The notes under the pieces: model-generated
Seen by the model: the letters and a program-made list of their open reading frames with translations, nothing else
Database searches by the model: none
Told to the model about the DNA's origin: nothing
Assembly (NCBI RefSeq): GCF_001194135.2
Contig: NC_069010.1
Span: 9,051,863-9,115,862 of the forward strand
Source of the DNA: Octopus bimaculoides
Lineage: Eukaryota
Length of the DNA stretch: 64,000 bases
Reading direction: 5' to 3'
In this document: in pieces, positions 48,077 to 59,290 of the stretch
How the letters are laid out: each line of letters begins with the position of its first letter
Position numbering within the stretch: position 1 is the first letter of the stretch
Position numbers and translations under genes: made by a program

Positions 48077-49620
48077 AACAACTTTTCCAGCGACTAACTG
48101 AGGATGGCATAGCCATGAACACAAGAAAATGCATTTTCGGTGTCTCATCTCTGCCTTTCCTCGGGCACATCGTTGACAAAGATGGAATTCGTCCTCTGCC
48201 CGACAAAGTGGAAGCCACAGTGAATTTTCCTATCCCAACGTCTCTTCGGAAACTCAGTGAGTTTTTGGGACTCGTAAATTTCTACCGTCGCTTTCTTCCA
48301 CCACTTACCGACATCCTGCGCAACAGACCGACGGAAAAGAAGAAGCAAGATGCTACGATGCTAGTTCATCCCGACGAAGGACTTAATAAGTTACGAAATT
48401 CATCGTCCCTCAAATTCCAACTCTGCCCACTATCTTCTTCAACCGGTCAAATATGGTGTGGTGTTTCCACAGGACTCGAGCGCCCATACGTCCCCGAACA
48501 ATACAGACGGAATATTTTCCCTGCCTTGCACGGTTTGCCACATCCTGGTGTTCGTCCCACACAGAGGATGATAGCAAATCGCTTTTTGTGGACGAACATC
48601 AATAAAGACATCCGCGACTGGGTTAAAAGTTGTATTGCATGTCAAAAGGCAAAAGTACATAGACATATCAAGTCACCCGTTGGTAATTTTATAGTACCAG
48701 ACAGTCGTTTCCAGCACATCCACATAGACATCGCTGGACCTCTACCTCCGTCTCACAACTATACACACCTACTCACTTGTATCGACCGCTTTTCACGATG
48801 GCCCAAAGCTTTCCCTCTCTCTGATACCACAGCAGAAACGGTGGCGAAAGCGCTGATATCACGTTTTGGTATCCCTGCTATCATCACGACAGACAGAGGA
48901 AGACAATTTGACTCACCTTTTCAGCGAGCTTACTCGACTCATTGGTTCCAAACACTGTCGCACTACAGCATACCATCCAGCGGCAAAGGGCAAGGTGCAG
49001 AGATTCCACAGGCAACTAAAATCAGCCATACGGGCAGACCCTGACGTGAACAATTGGAGAGACTTCCTTCCGGTAATCCTGCTTGGTACCCGTACATCCG
49101 CCAAGGGTGGGATCGGATACTCACCGGCAGAACTTGTTTACGGCACCACCTCAACCCTGCCTGGACAAATGATTGATCCAGTTATTCCCCCCCAGGATAT
49201 CCCGGATCCCACAACATATGTGCATCGCCTACGTGCACATATGTCACAGCTGTCACCAAACCCACCTCGCCCGCAGGAAACTGATACCTATGTCACCAGG
49301 GACATCAATCAAGGGACACAGGTGTTCGTTAGAAACGACAGAATGCCAGCACAAATCCGACCACCGTATTCCGGCCCTTACAAAGTACTGCAAAAACGGG
49401 ACAAATACTTCGTTCTCGATTTAAATGGTAGACAGAATAGTGTTAGTATCGATCGGCTCAAGAAAGCCATCGGCACCATCATCATCATCATCACCATCGA
49501 CTACGCATCGAAGCGAAATAACTGCATCAGAACTTCCCACCAGGACATCAAAGTCTCCACAACACCCTCACACAAAAGGCGGCAGAAGAGTTCGTTGGCC
49601 GGCGAAATATGCACAAGTCT
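48077..49620 (+). mobile_element. Gypsy/Ty3 LTR-retrotransposon pol fragment: RT C-terminus, RNase H largely deleted, integrase with GPY module
   Basis: [23 protein letters not shown] and [11 protein letters not shown] (RT); LHGLPHPG…CIAC (HHCC); HIHID and TTDRG (integrase); RPPYSGPYKV and VSIDRLK; frameshift near 48913. Confidence 0.93.
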
Positions 49621-50044
49621 TTTATATTTAAACAAAAAAANNNNNNNNNNCCCCCCCCCCCCCGAAAGTGATTTCCACACTTCAATATTGACTTCTGTGA
49701 ACATTTACATGAACGAACACTTTTATACATTTGAACAGACATCGCTACAACAACTTTTGCACACACGCTTTGCCTTGCCAAACACACGAAAACACAGAGA
49801 CATACACAAACAACAATTTATACATCACAAACACCACGACTGCATTTGTTTCTTGTAAACATTTGTTCATTGATTATTGTTTCCCGAATGTGATGCACCA
49901 AATGTTGCCATTTTAATAAATAATTCATAATGCATCCTAAAAGTTTTGTCAACTTAATGTTCTACACCGCATTCAACCAATTCTACACCTGATCGAACAT
50001 CGGCTTGCTCCGTGACAGAAGCTAAATACCTTTATATATATATA

Positions 50045-50198
50045 AAACATAATTAAGGGATCAGCAACAGTTGCTTCACCACAGACCGAAGTTCAGAAAT
50101 AGCAGCTAAAGTGCTAAAACGCCAACAGCATTTTAGCTGCTATTTCTGAACTTCGGTCTGTGGTGAAGCAAATGTTTGCTGATCCCTTAATTATGTTT
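50045..50198. repeat. Hairpin with about 71-bp arms and an 11-nt loop
   Basis: AAACATAATTAAGGGATCAGC…AGCTAAAGTGCT versus AGCATTTTAGCT…CCCTTAATTATGTTT. Confidence 0.88.
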
Positions 50199-50384
50199 AT
50201 AAATGTATAAGAACTTTTAAATAAGTTCTTCACCGATAATGGTGTTTACATACCGAAGGGCTTGGTAAAAATTATTAATTGTTAATTTATTAATAAATTG
50301 ATAATTCTTTGCCCTTTTAATTGTATATATACAATAGACAAACACATATGAACATATATATATATACACTCAGATGTGTGTTTG

Positions 50385-50425
<41 letters not shown>

Positions 50426-51344
50426 TATCTATGTATGTGTGTATACACACACACACACACAATCTAATGAGAGTCTGTGTGTCTGTGGTGTGTTATCTTT
50501 CTAAAACACTTCTATATCTGACGCTCCTCTACACAGTCTCCAAGCGTATGCACACACACGCAAGGTGTATGCATTTACTTGACTTACTAAAAATAGCAGC
50601 CAAATCTCCATCAAAGGAGATCCATTATTCTCATCTTTTTATCCACACCAGTAATATTCCCTTCTTAATATGAATTACGAAATCCCTCATTTGTTCTCCT
50701 TCATCCAGGACATAGACTGACCGACCCAGGGATTAAACCCTAACCCTTCTTTCCACTGCTTCGTGACTAAGGTCCATGAAAAAGGGAACTAGTTCTTGTG
50801 GGTTTCACAAATAGTTCTCAATGTCTTGGGTTACTGCAGTGAGAGGAAATGGAAGAAAGGTGCAAGAGGCAACAGCTGAAATGTTGGGACTATAACAATA
50901 GGGGCTGGCATGGCTATGTGTTTGTTTCCCAACCACATGGTTCCGGGTTCAGTCCTTGGGCAAGCGTCTTCTACTGTGGCCTAAGATTGACCAAAGTCTT
51001 GTGAGTGGATTTGGAAGAGAGAAACTGGAAAAGGCTTGTCGTGTGTGATGGAGCCAAATAATAAAAGCAGCCAGTTCACTGGTTGGCCTTAGGAAGCGTC
51101 TCCAGCTGTAGGAACCCAGTCCAAACAGACTGTAGGACTTAATGTGGCCCCTGGCCTTGCCAGTCAAGCTGTCCAACCCATGACAGCTTAGAAAACAGAC
51201 GTTAAATGTTGATGATTGATGTGTGTGTGTGTTTGTTTCCCACCACTGCTTGTGTTGGTCTATTTATGTCCCTTGTAACTTAGCAGCTCAGCAAAAAAAC
51301 AAACAAAAAAAAAACAAGGCATCAAAAAAAAAAAAAAGAAGACA

Positions 51345-51537
51345 ATGCCAGACTTGTTTGCGGGCGTCTTGGCAAACGTCTACTGCAACTGGCAACAAAA
51401 CGGGAGAATTCCTGCTTTTGTTTGTCGAGGGAGTGGTGGCTTTGCTAAGAAAGGACCCAAACAAGGGGGACATTATAGGGAACTTTAGGCCCATCACTCT
51501 GCTCAATGCAGAGTTGAAGATTTTGGCCAAGATTTTG
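51345..51537 (+). mobile_element. Tx1/L1-clade LINE reverse transcriptase fragment
   Basis: NWQQNGRIP…GVVALLRKDPNKGDIIGNFRPITLLNAELKILAKIL (RT domain entry motif); one frameshift. Confidence 0.85.
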
Positions 51538-51879
51538 TATTTCTTTTGAAATATCATTTGTTGTAAGGAAGGAATTGTTTCAACATTTAATGAGTTTGAA
51601 ATTAGGATGCATCACACGTGACCCCAGCATGTAGTGAAGAGTTAAAAGCATTTCTAATCAGGCTGAATGGAGGGGGTTGTGCGGGTCAACCAGTTTAGCT
51701 GACCACCTCAACAGACAAATGGTTTTAATCATTGATACATAGGTGTTTGAGATAAATTTGATGATGTTTCAAGAACAGCCGGGTGTATTGGTGAACAGTC
51801 AACAGCGTTGGAGAGCATGAGGATCAAAGCTGTAGTTGAGAAGCCATTTGAATGACATGGATCCCTGGAAGCCATTTGA

Positions 51880-52504
51880 GTAAGAGTTACTTGTGTCATG
51901 ATGATTTGCACCTGGTAATCAAAATGCCAACATCATAATTGCTGCCCAATGCTCTGCGAATACTGTTGAGGCTGGAAGACATGACATGGGAGACTATGAA
52001 GCCCTGGTCAGCAGGAAGGGACACAGCAGGCCAGAATTCTGCACCACGTCTTTGGGCTAAATCCAGACAGCTATGTGAGGTCAAACCCTGGCTGGAAAGG
52101 GTGGCTGCTGGAAGGTCATATGTGTGGCAGTAGGATTTGGTTCCTTGCCATACCTCTGGAAAGAGTCAAGTGGTTTTGGGGAGAAATTCTATGACTTCAC
52201 CAGCCCCAATTTCTGGTCCCTGAATTTTCCCAGTTGTGAGGGACACCAACTACTCTGCCTTCAACACCAAGACAAGCTGGTGGCCAAGATCCAGGAGATG
52301 CTTGGAGATTTTCCCAGGGACTTGGTGAGGAATGCAGGCAGCAGAGTCCTCTTCGGTTATTGTGGTGGATGCTAAAGGTGGCTACTTTGAATGAACTGCC
52401 ATAATCCAGTTGAGATTTTTTGATATTTAAAATACTTTTTATTTCAGGATGGGACAGTGCACCTCCTTTTTATGCAAACTGTCAAATTGAACCCAAACTG
52501 CCTG
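51880..52504 (+). mobile_element. maT/DD37D-like Tc1 transposase relic
   Basis: VKPWLERVAAGRSYVWQ, ENFYDFTSPNFW-like segment and VVDAKGGYFE* parallel the element at 825-1861; several stops and indels. Confidence 0.75.
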
Positions 52505-52585
52505 AATAAAAAACTATCCTGCCACGATGTTTGACATGCTGTTAGTCCCTGTGGATCTGTTTACTTAGAAAATATGAAAGTGCTG

Positions 52586-52632
<47 letters not shown>

Positions 52633-53335
52633 ATAAACGAGTAAAGACTCCCTTTGGTCATGAATGTCCGTGGGATTGAACCTAGAAAGTTCTCCTCCAA
52701 GGCACAAATCTGGGCAAGGTCGTTTATGGAAGACCAACAATCACCCTTGGATACCATCCTCCCCTCCCAACACCATCCATGTTATCCAAGGAAAAGGCAA
52801 AAGGGCCCATAAAGCTTGGCACCAGTGATGTCACATCTCATCTCTACAATATATATATCATCATCATCATCATTTAAGGGTAGGACAGTTGACAGGAAGC
52901 GACCATGTAGAAAATCTACCCAAGGCTACAGTGTCTGTTTTGGCAGGGATTTTATGGCTGAATGCCCTCCCTAACACCAACCACCCCACAGAGTGGACTC
53001 AGTGCTTTTTACATGGCACTAGCACAAGCAAAGTTAGTTTTGGCAAGATTTTTACAGCTGGATGCTCTTCCAGATGCGAACCATGTTACCATGTGGACTG
53101 GATGCTTTTAATGTGGCACCAGTACTGGCACAGGGTCACCAAGTAACTCACAAGACAAGGGATTATGAGAGGGGCAGGGGGTAGGTATTTGTGTCAGGGG
53201 ATGAAAAGTTGGAGGGTGACAGAGAAACAGAAGCAGGAGAAAATCTTCACAAACTGTGAAGATACTCGTGTGTGTGTGTGTGTGCCGTACGTGCAACCCA
53301 TTCCAACATGGAAAGTGGACGTTAAACCATGATGA

Positions 53336-53374
<39 letters not shown>

Positions 53375-53443
53375 CCGGAGTGAGCACATAAATGTGCAAC
53401 AAGAAGGTGTAAAAAAGAGTAGTCAAATACCAGAGGTAGATTA

Positions 53444-53586
53444 ATATGCTTTATTTAAAAGTAGCAGAAATATGACAAAAGATTGTTACTCTGAGTTTCA
53501 CGTTCCTGTTCATCCGACGAACAGGAATCTGAAACTCCGAGTAACAGTCTTTTGTTATATTTCTGCTGCTTTTAAATAAAGCATAT
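53444..53586. repeat. Hairpin with 68-bp arms and a 7-nt loop
   Basis: ATATGCTTTATTTAAAAG…GTTCCTGTTC versus GAACAGGAA…TTTTAAATAAAGCATAT; about 6 mismatches. Confidence 0.88.
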
Positions 53587-53654
53587 ATATNNNNNNNNNN
53601 NNNNNNNNNNNNNNNNNNNNNNNNNNNNNNNNNNNNNNNNNNNNNNNNNNNNNN

Positions 53655-53700
<46 letters not shown>

Positions 53701-54739
53701 ATAGCTAATAGTTATGTTCCTGGATCTGAGTGCAGGACGTGAGCAAGCTTCAAAGCATGTAAAGAGTTAATATAGATGAGAAAAGGTGGATGACAGAAGA
53801 GAAAAGATGTTTGTTAACGTCGTAAGTCACACATTTTGTGCCATATTGAAATCAAAAGATATTCAATAAGCTAACAGTATCCATTACAAGTCTTGGATTA
53901 GCAAGGGGCATAAAACCAGCTCAGCTAATCTTCAGGTCTTATTGTCTATAAGTCAGTTACATTGTTGTGTGGAGATAAGCAAATACATGCAAAGATATAT
54001 ACATACACATGCATGCACACACACACACACACAAACGAGACAAGCTTCTCTGAGAACACAGAGTTGTGTATGTTCCCCTCACCACCTGACAACAAGTGTT
54101 GGTTTGATCACATCCCTGCAACTTATTGGCTGAGCAAAAGAGACCGAGAGAATAAGTACTGGGGGGCAGGTGATTGTGTTTGACTAAAAAAAATGTTTTG
54201 AAGGCGGTGCCCCAGCATGGCCACAGTCCAATGACTGAAACGAATAAAAGATAAAGGATGCAGAGGAGGGATTGGTGGGAATGACCACTGGCCAAGTGAA
54301 ATGTGGTCACACAGTCTTAGAATGATCATGATGAAAGATAAATTTCCCCTGGATAGGGTAACAGTCTACCATAGGTTAACATTCCCTCACTATCTCAAAG
54401 TACTGATTACTTGACCAAAAACAAGGTGGACTGTGGCAATGACAAGTGGATGATGCAGTCCTAGAGAAACTGTGATGAGATAAATCTCCACTGGATAGGA
54501 CAACAGTCCAACACAGGTTAACATTCCCCATGAGCAAAGTAATATATTCAACGAATTGTTAGAGCTTTGGCAAGAACGATTCCTTCATTGTGCAGGAGAA
54601 TTACATTCAGAGTTAAGGTGGTTATAAAAGACAGAAATGGGGACAGTTGGAGGGTCATCAGATGAGGTGCCTTGTGGTATCTATTGCAGCCCTTTGCATT
54701 CCAACAACAACTATTATACCACAGCTACCCAACTGTAGT

Positions 54740-55010
54740 GGACCCCTAATCGGCAACTTGTCGTTATTGCTGCATCTTGACAGGATCAGGAATGAAGAGC
54801 TCTTCCGGTGTCCGTCTGGTGTCCACCTGCCATGCAAATCCTCATCGATAGAAATTTATATCAGCTGAAACACACACACACACACACAGAGCCCAAACAA
54901 ATCTTTTACCCCCGACCCAACTATGCAAGGGGAAAAGAAACCGTAGAAGAAGACCTCCAGACTGATGTTCAGACACACTGCAAAAAGGAATCGACTACAA
55001 TAAGCGATTA
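54740..55010 (+). mobile_element. Degraded RTE-like LINE fragment
   Basis: LDRIRNEELF motif followed by an RGK-containing basic segment. Confidence 0.4.
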
Positions 55011-56007
55011 AACAACATGAATGCAGTGTTATGTGACCCTCAGGAACGAGAGGTGAGGATTCATGCAGAAACTGACCAGAAACAAACCTTCCTTGTCCTC
55101 TGGGCAGGCCAGTCTTTGCAACATTATAGACCCCTACCAGACAAACCCCTTGCACTGAGCCCTGTAGAATCCATTGATTGACAGAAATCTACATAACATA
55201 TATAGATCAGAACTGGGGTCCTAGATCCGCGATGCTCCCAGGTAAATCATTTATGTATCGACAGCAAACCATATAACATACAAAGTTTAGAATTGGGTCC
55301 CTGAGCCCGTGAGACCCCCGAGTATTTGCCCAGCGTACCCATACCTTAAGAAGGCAGTGCTGAGCCGGTCCGTCTTAACAACACCGGGCAAATCCTTGCA
55401 ATGAGCCCTATAGAATTTATTGACAGCAAACCACATAACATACATGGATCAGAACAGGGCACCAGGATCGGTGAGATCCCAAGCAACCCTTAAGAGAGCC
55501 CTACTTCCATGCAATATGAAACCACGATCAACAGAGAAGCGAATTGAGGGGATTCTGACACAACGAAATAAACATCGTGATCGGGAAAAGACGGAAAACG
55601 AAATACGAGATGACTGCGAAAAAGATTTGAACTCGCGAGAAAAGGTCAGGTTGTTCAAACTCCGAATCCATTCGGCTATTTTGTCTCTATAGGGATNNNN
55701 NNNNNNNNNNNNNNNNNNNNNNNNNNNNNNNNNNNNNNNNNNNNNNNNNNNNNNNNNNNNNNNNNNNNNNNNNNNNNNNNNNNNNNNNNNNNNNNNNNNN
55801 NNNNNNNNNNNNNNNNNNNNNNNNNNNNNNNNNNNNNNNNNNNNNNNNNNNNNNNNNNNNNNNNNNNNNNNNNNNNNNNNNNNNNNNNNNNNNNNNNNNN
55901 NNNNNNNNNNNNNNNNNNNNNNNNNNNNNNNNNNNNNNNNNNNNNNNNNATATATACACACAGATATACGAATGCCTTTTTGGATAGCTACACTCTAAAA
56001 CAAAGAG

Positions 56008-56038
<31 letters not shown>

Positions 56039-56254
56039 ATGTGTATATATACCATATATATATATATGGTATATAATGTGTATGTATGAGGATCGGACAT
56101 TATAAGTTGGTTGGAGGAATCTAATGTCGTTATTTCTCTGTTCTGGGTTCAAATTATGTCGAGGTCAAGCCTGGAATTATTTCATTTGGCTTTTGATGAG
56201 GAATACAAAAGTGAATCTGTAGTCTTCCATTGTATGTGAATGTGTGTTTATATA

Positions 56255-56298
<44 letters not shown>

Positions 56299-56906
56299 GG
56301 GTTATATATATTTATGTCCCTATATATGTGCTCATATATATGGTGTCTAGATATCGAAATATAGATGTACATATCGCTATATATATACATATAGCGATCT
56401 GTACAGATCGTTATATGTATATATAGCAATCTGTCCATCTATATATCGAAATCTAGACACCATATATATGAACACACACACACACACATATATTAATCAC
56501 GCACCGACAGAAACAAATATATGTATATATAATATGAAGAACGATCTAATGAATTTGTATATATACAGGCTACATACATATATATATATATATCTCTATA
56601 TATATACAGTGCAGAATCGTTTGTTAGGATAGGATATATAAATCTCACAGTATATACACACATTTACGTATAAAATAATATCTGATCGTTCCAATTGCAT
56701 CGCAAAGTGTCTATACATATATATATCATATATATATATATACATATGCATAGACACACTTACATACATTAAAAGTGTGCACATCATCACCCGATGATGA
56801 TTGTCATCACCATCATCATCATCACCATCATCATAACAAACATCTCGATCGTCGTCGTCGTCGTTGTTGTTGTTGTTGTTGTTGTTGTTATGAGGGGGTC
56901 ACTCAC

Positions 56907-56993
56907 CTGGGCTTTCTCGAAGTTCTCCCTCTCAACTTCCACGGCAGTCTTTCCTCGTTGACTAATTACTCTTGGTAAATGTAAAGACGACAT
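56907..56993 (-). CDS. HIP1: HIP1 coding exon 1: MSSLHLPRVISQRGKTAVEVERENFEKAQ
   Basis: ATG at 56993, donor CAG|GTGAGT, 87 nt, phase 0; resembles the HIP1R N-terminus (…LEAEREQFDKTQ). Confidence 0.9.
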
Positions 56994-57019
56994 TTCCTTC
57001 TCCGTTTCACTGACAACAG

Positions 57020-58112
57020 AGAGAGGAGAGAGAGAGAGAGGGAGGGAGGGGAACGTCTGTCCCTGTATAGGGGGTGGGACAGAGAGAGAGAGAGAGAGCT
57101 GACTGTGGCTGGTTAATCTGTCTTGAAATATACAGATGGAGAGAGAAACCGACATAGAGAGAGAGAGAGAGAGAGACGGTGTGGCTTAGTGAGGGAGGGA
57201 GAGAGAGAGTGTGGCTTAGTGAGGAAAGGAAAGACTAAGAGAAGCAATATGGTTGCGTGAGGGACGGGCAGAGAGACTATGGCTGAGTTAGGGAGGAAGA
57301 GTTGGGGAGGAGAGCCAGTGTTGCTTAATCAGGGAGGGAGAGAAAGACAGAGTAGATGGACGAATTGCAATAGAGTGACAGTGGGAGTGAAAGGAGAGAT
57401 TGGTAGAAAGAGGGGGAGGAGACAGAGTAAAAGACGAGCAGAGAGAGAGAGAGAGAGATAGATAGAGAGAGTAAAAGTAACGGAAAGCAAAATTACATCT
57501 AGAGAAAGGGCAGGAGGTACAAAGACGAGGGGGAGTAATATCTAGAGAGAGGGTGGGAGTGAAAGAAAGATAGAGTAAGAGTGAAAAGGTAGAGAGAAAA
57601 AGAGTAAAAGTACTGAGTGAGGTAGAGGTAGAGGGAGGCTGAGAGAAAGTATAATAAATCTAGAGAGAGGGTGAAAGAGAGTTGTGTAGATTTAGAGGGA
57701 GGGAAAGGTGAGGTAGCGTTACAGAGCGGGAGGGAAGAGAGTAAAATAGATCAAGAGGGAAAGGAAGAGTGAAGCAGATACAAAGAAAGGGAGAGAGAAG
57801 ACATAGAAGGAAGCGAGCGAGGGAGTGAGATACAAAATGAGAGTAAATGTGAGAGGGAGAGTAAAGTAGAACAAAAGCAGTAGTGAGAGTAAGCAGAGGA
57901 TTGAGAGGGAGAAAGGAAATGAATGTGGGGGAGGAGAAGGAGGAGAGGGAAGATGAACAGAGATAGAGAGGGGGAATCAGAGGTAGCAATCGAAAGACCA
58001 AGAAATAAATTAGGGGAAGACGCGAGTAAAAAGCTAAGGAGAGAGAGTGTGAGAAAGAGAGGGGGGGGGGGGAAATAAATTAAAGGAGGAGAGAGAGAGG
58101 CGGAGGGAGGAA
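57020..58112. repeat. About 1.1-kb purine-rich (GA) tract; pyrimidine-rich on the HIP1 strand, upstream of the ATG
   Basis: Strong A/G bias with (GA)n runs. Confidence 0.8.
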
Positions 58113-58124
58113 ATATCTGGCGAG

Positions 58125-58150
58125 GTTTGGGACCGGAAGTGTCCCGGATT
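58125..58150. promoter_or_regulatory. Candidate HIP1 promoter element: ETS-family consensus ACCGGAAGT (58132-58140)
   Basis: Exact ETS/GABP-type motif at the edge of a CpG-containing unique stretch (about 58100-58260), 1.1 kb upstream of the ATG; function is inferred. Confidence 0.4.
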
Positions 58151-59228
58151 TTCTAGTTTTTCTGGAGACATTCGAAATAGAGACCCGAGTCTTAATTTAA
58201 TCCATTTCTGAAGCCGGGTCCGGTTGAGATCCATTAATCTGCCGATGATGTGATGATTATATTCTGTAGAAAGTTTTACAGGATGAGAATCTGGTTTTTA
58301 ATTAACAGATTTGGGGACAAATTAATATATTTTTAAAGCAGAGAATGTTTAATTTTAATTAATCCACATCAAGAAAAAACTTGGGGACGATACTATTATA
58401 AGCACATCGTATGCAAATTAACCAACTTAAAAAATAGGGTCCACGTACTCAATACAGAAGACTGCACGAGATTGTCGGATTTGTGGAAGCCGTATAAACG
58501 ATCCGGTATTGAGAAGAGACTGGAGAAATGTTAAGTCTAAGAAGGGAGGCTGCAGAAATGTTTAAAGAAAGATAAAGCGAAAGAGACAGGAAGAATAAAT
58601 AGATAGAGATTCTAGAAGTAGAGAGAGAGAGAAAGAGAGGAGCAAGGAGAGGGGTCAGAGAAAGGGGTAAAGAGTAGGAAATGGGGGAAGATAAGATGAA
58701 GTAGATGATATATATGGGTCTATCTCTCTCTCTTTCTATCATCATCATCGTTTAACATTCGCTTTCCATGCTGGCATGGGTTGGACGGTTCGACTGGGGT
58801 CTGGGAAGCCAGGAGGCTGCACCAGGCTCCAATCTGATCTGGCAGTGTTTCTACAGCTGGATGCCCTTCCTAATAATGCCAACCTCTCCGAGAGCGTAGT
58901 GGGTGCTTCGTGCCACCAGCACAGGGGTCAGAGGAGGCTGGCAACGACCACGATCAGTTAGTGCCACCGGAACGGGAGCCAGTCAAGGTGCCACTGGCAT
59001 TGGCCACGTTCGGATGATAAAGATGGGAATGAGTGGAAATGTTACCGGTGTGTTAAAAGAGAATCACTCTCCCCAGACACAACAGTGTGTATATATATAT
59101 ATATATATATACATATAGATAATAATATTAGGGACAAAATCCAAAATTACAGGTAAAAACTCAATTAAAATCAATTTATAAAAAATTAAAATTAAATTGA
59201 GCTTTATAGATAAAATAAATATAAAATA

Positions 59229-59290
<62 letters not shown>

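Larger units (their letters stand above)
2157..56993 (-). other. HIP1: Gene span: huntingtin-interacting protein 1 family (HIP1/HIP1R/Sla2 orthologue); 29 visible coding exons, 1024 codons
   Basis: Manually spliced exons give an N-terminal ANTH domain (AINKAIN..PVKEKHVR, WKFLHVLHKLLREGH, GQCRLAPLIPCI), a coiled coil and a C-terminal I/LWEQ domain (FYNKHHRWTEGLLSAAKAVGWG, ASTIQLVVASKVKA). All introns are GT-AG with compatible phases. HIP1 versus HIP1R cannot be resolved; invertebrates usually have a single family member. Confidence 0.96.

Noticed and set aside
49651-49920. Possible 3' LTR of the Gypsy fragment
   Set aside because: No second LTR is present, the TG start and polypurine tract are obscured by the gap, and the visible run is poly-C rather than poly-G.
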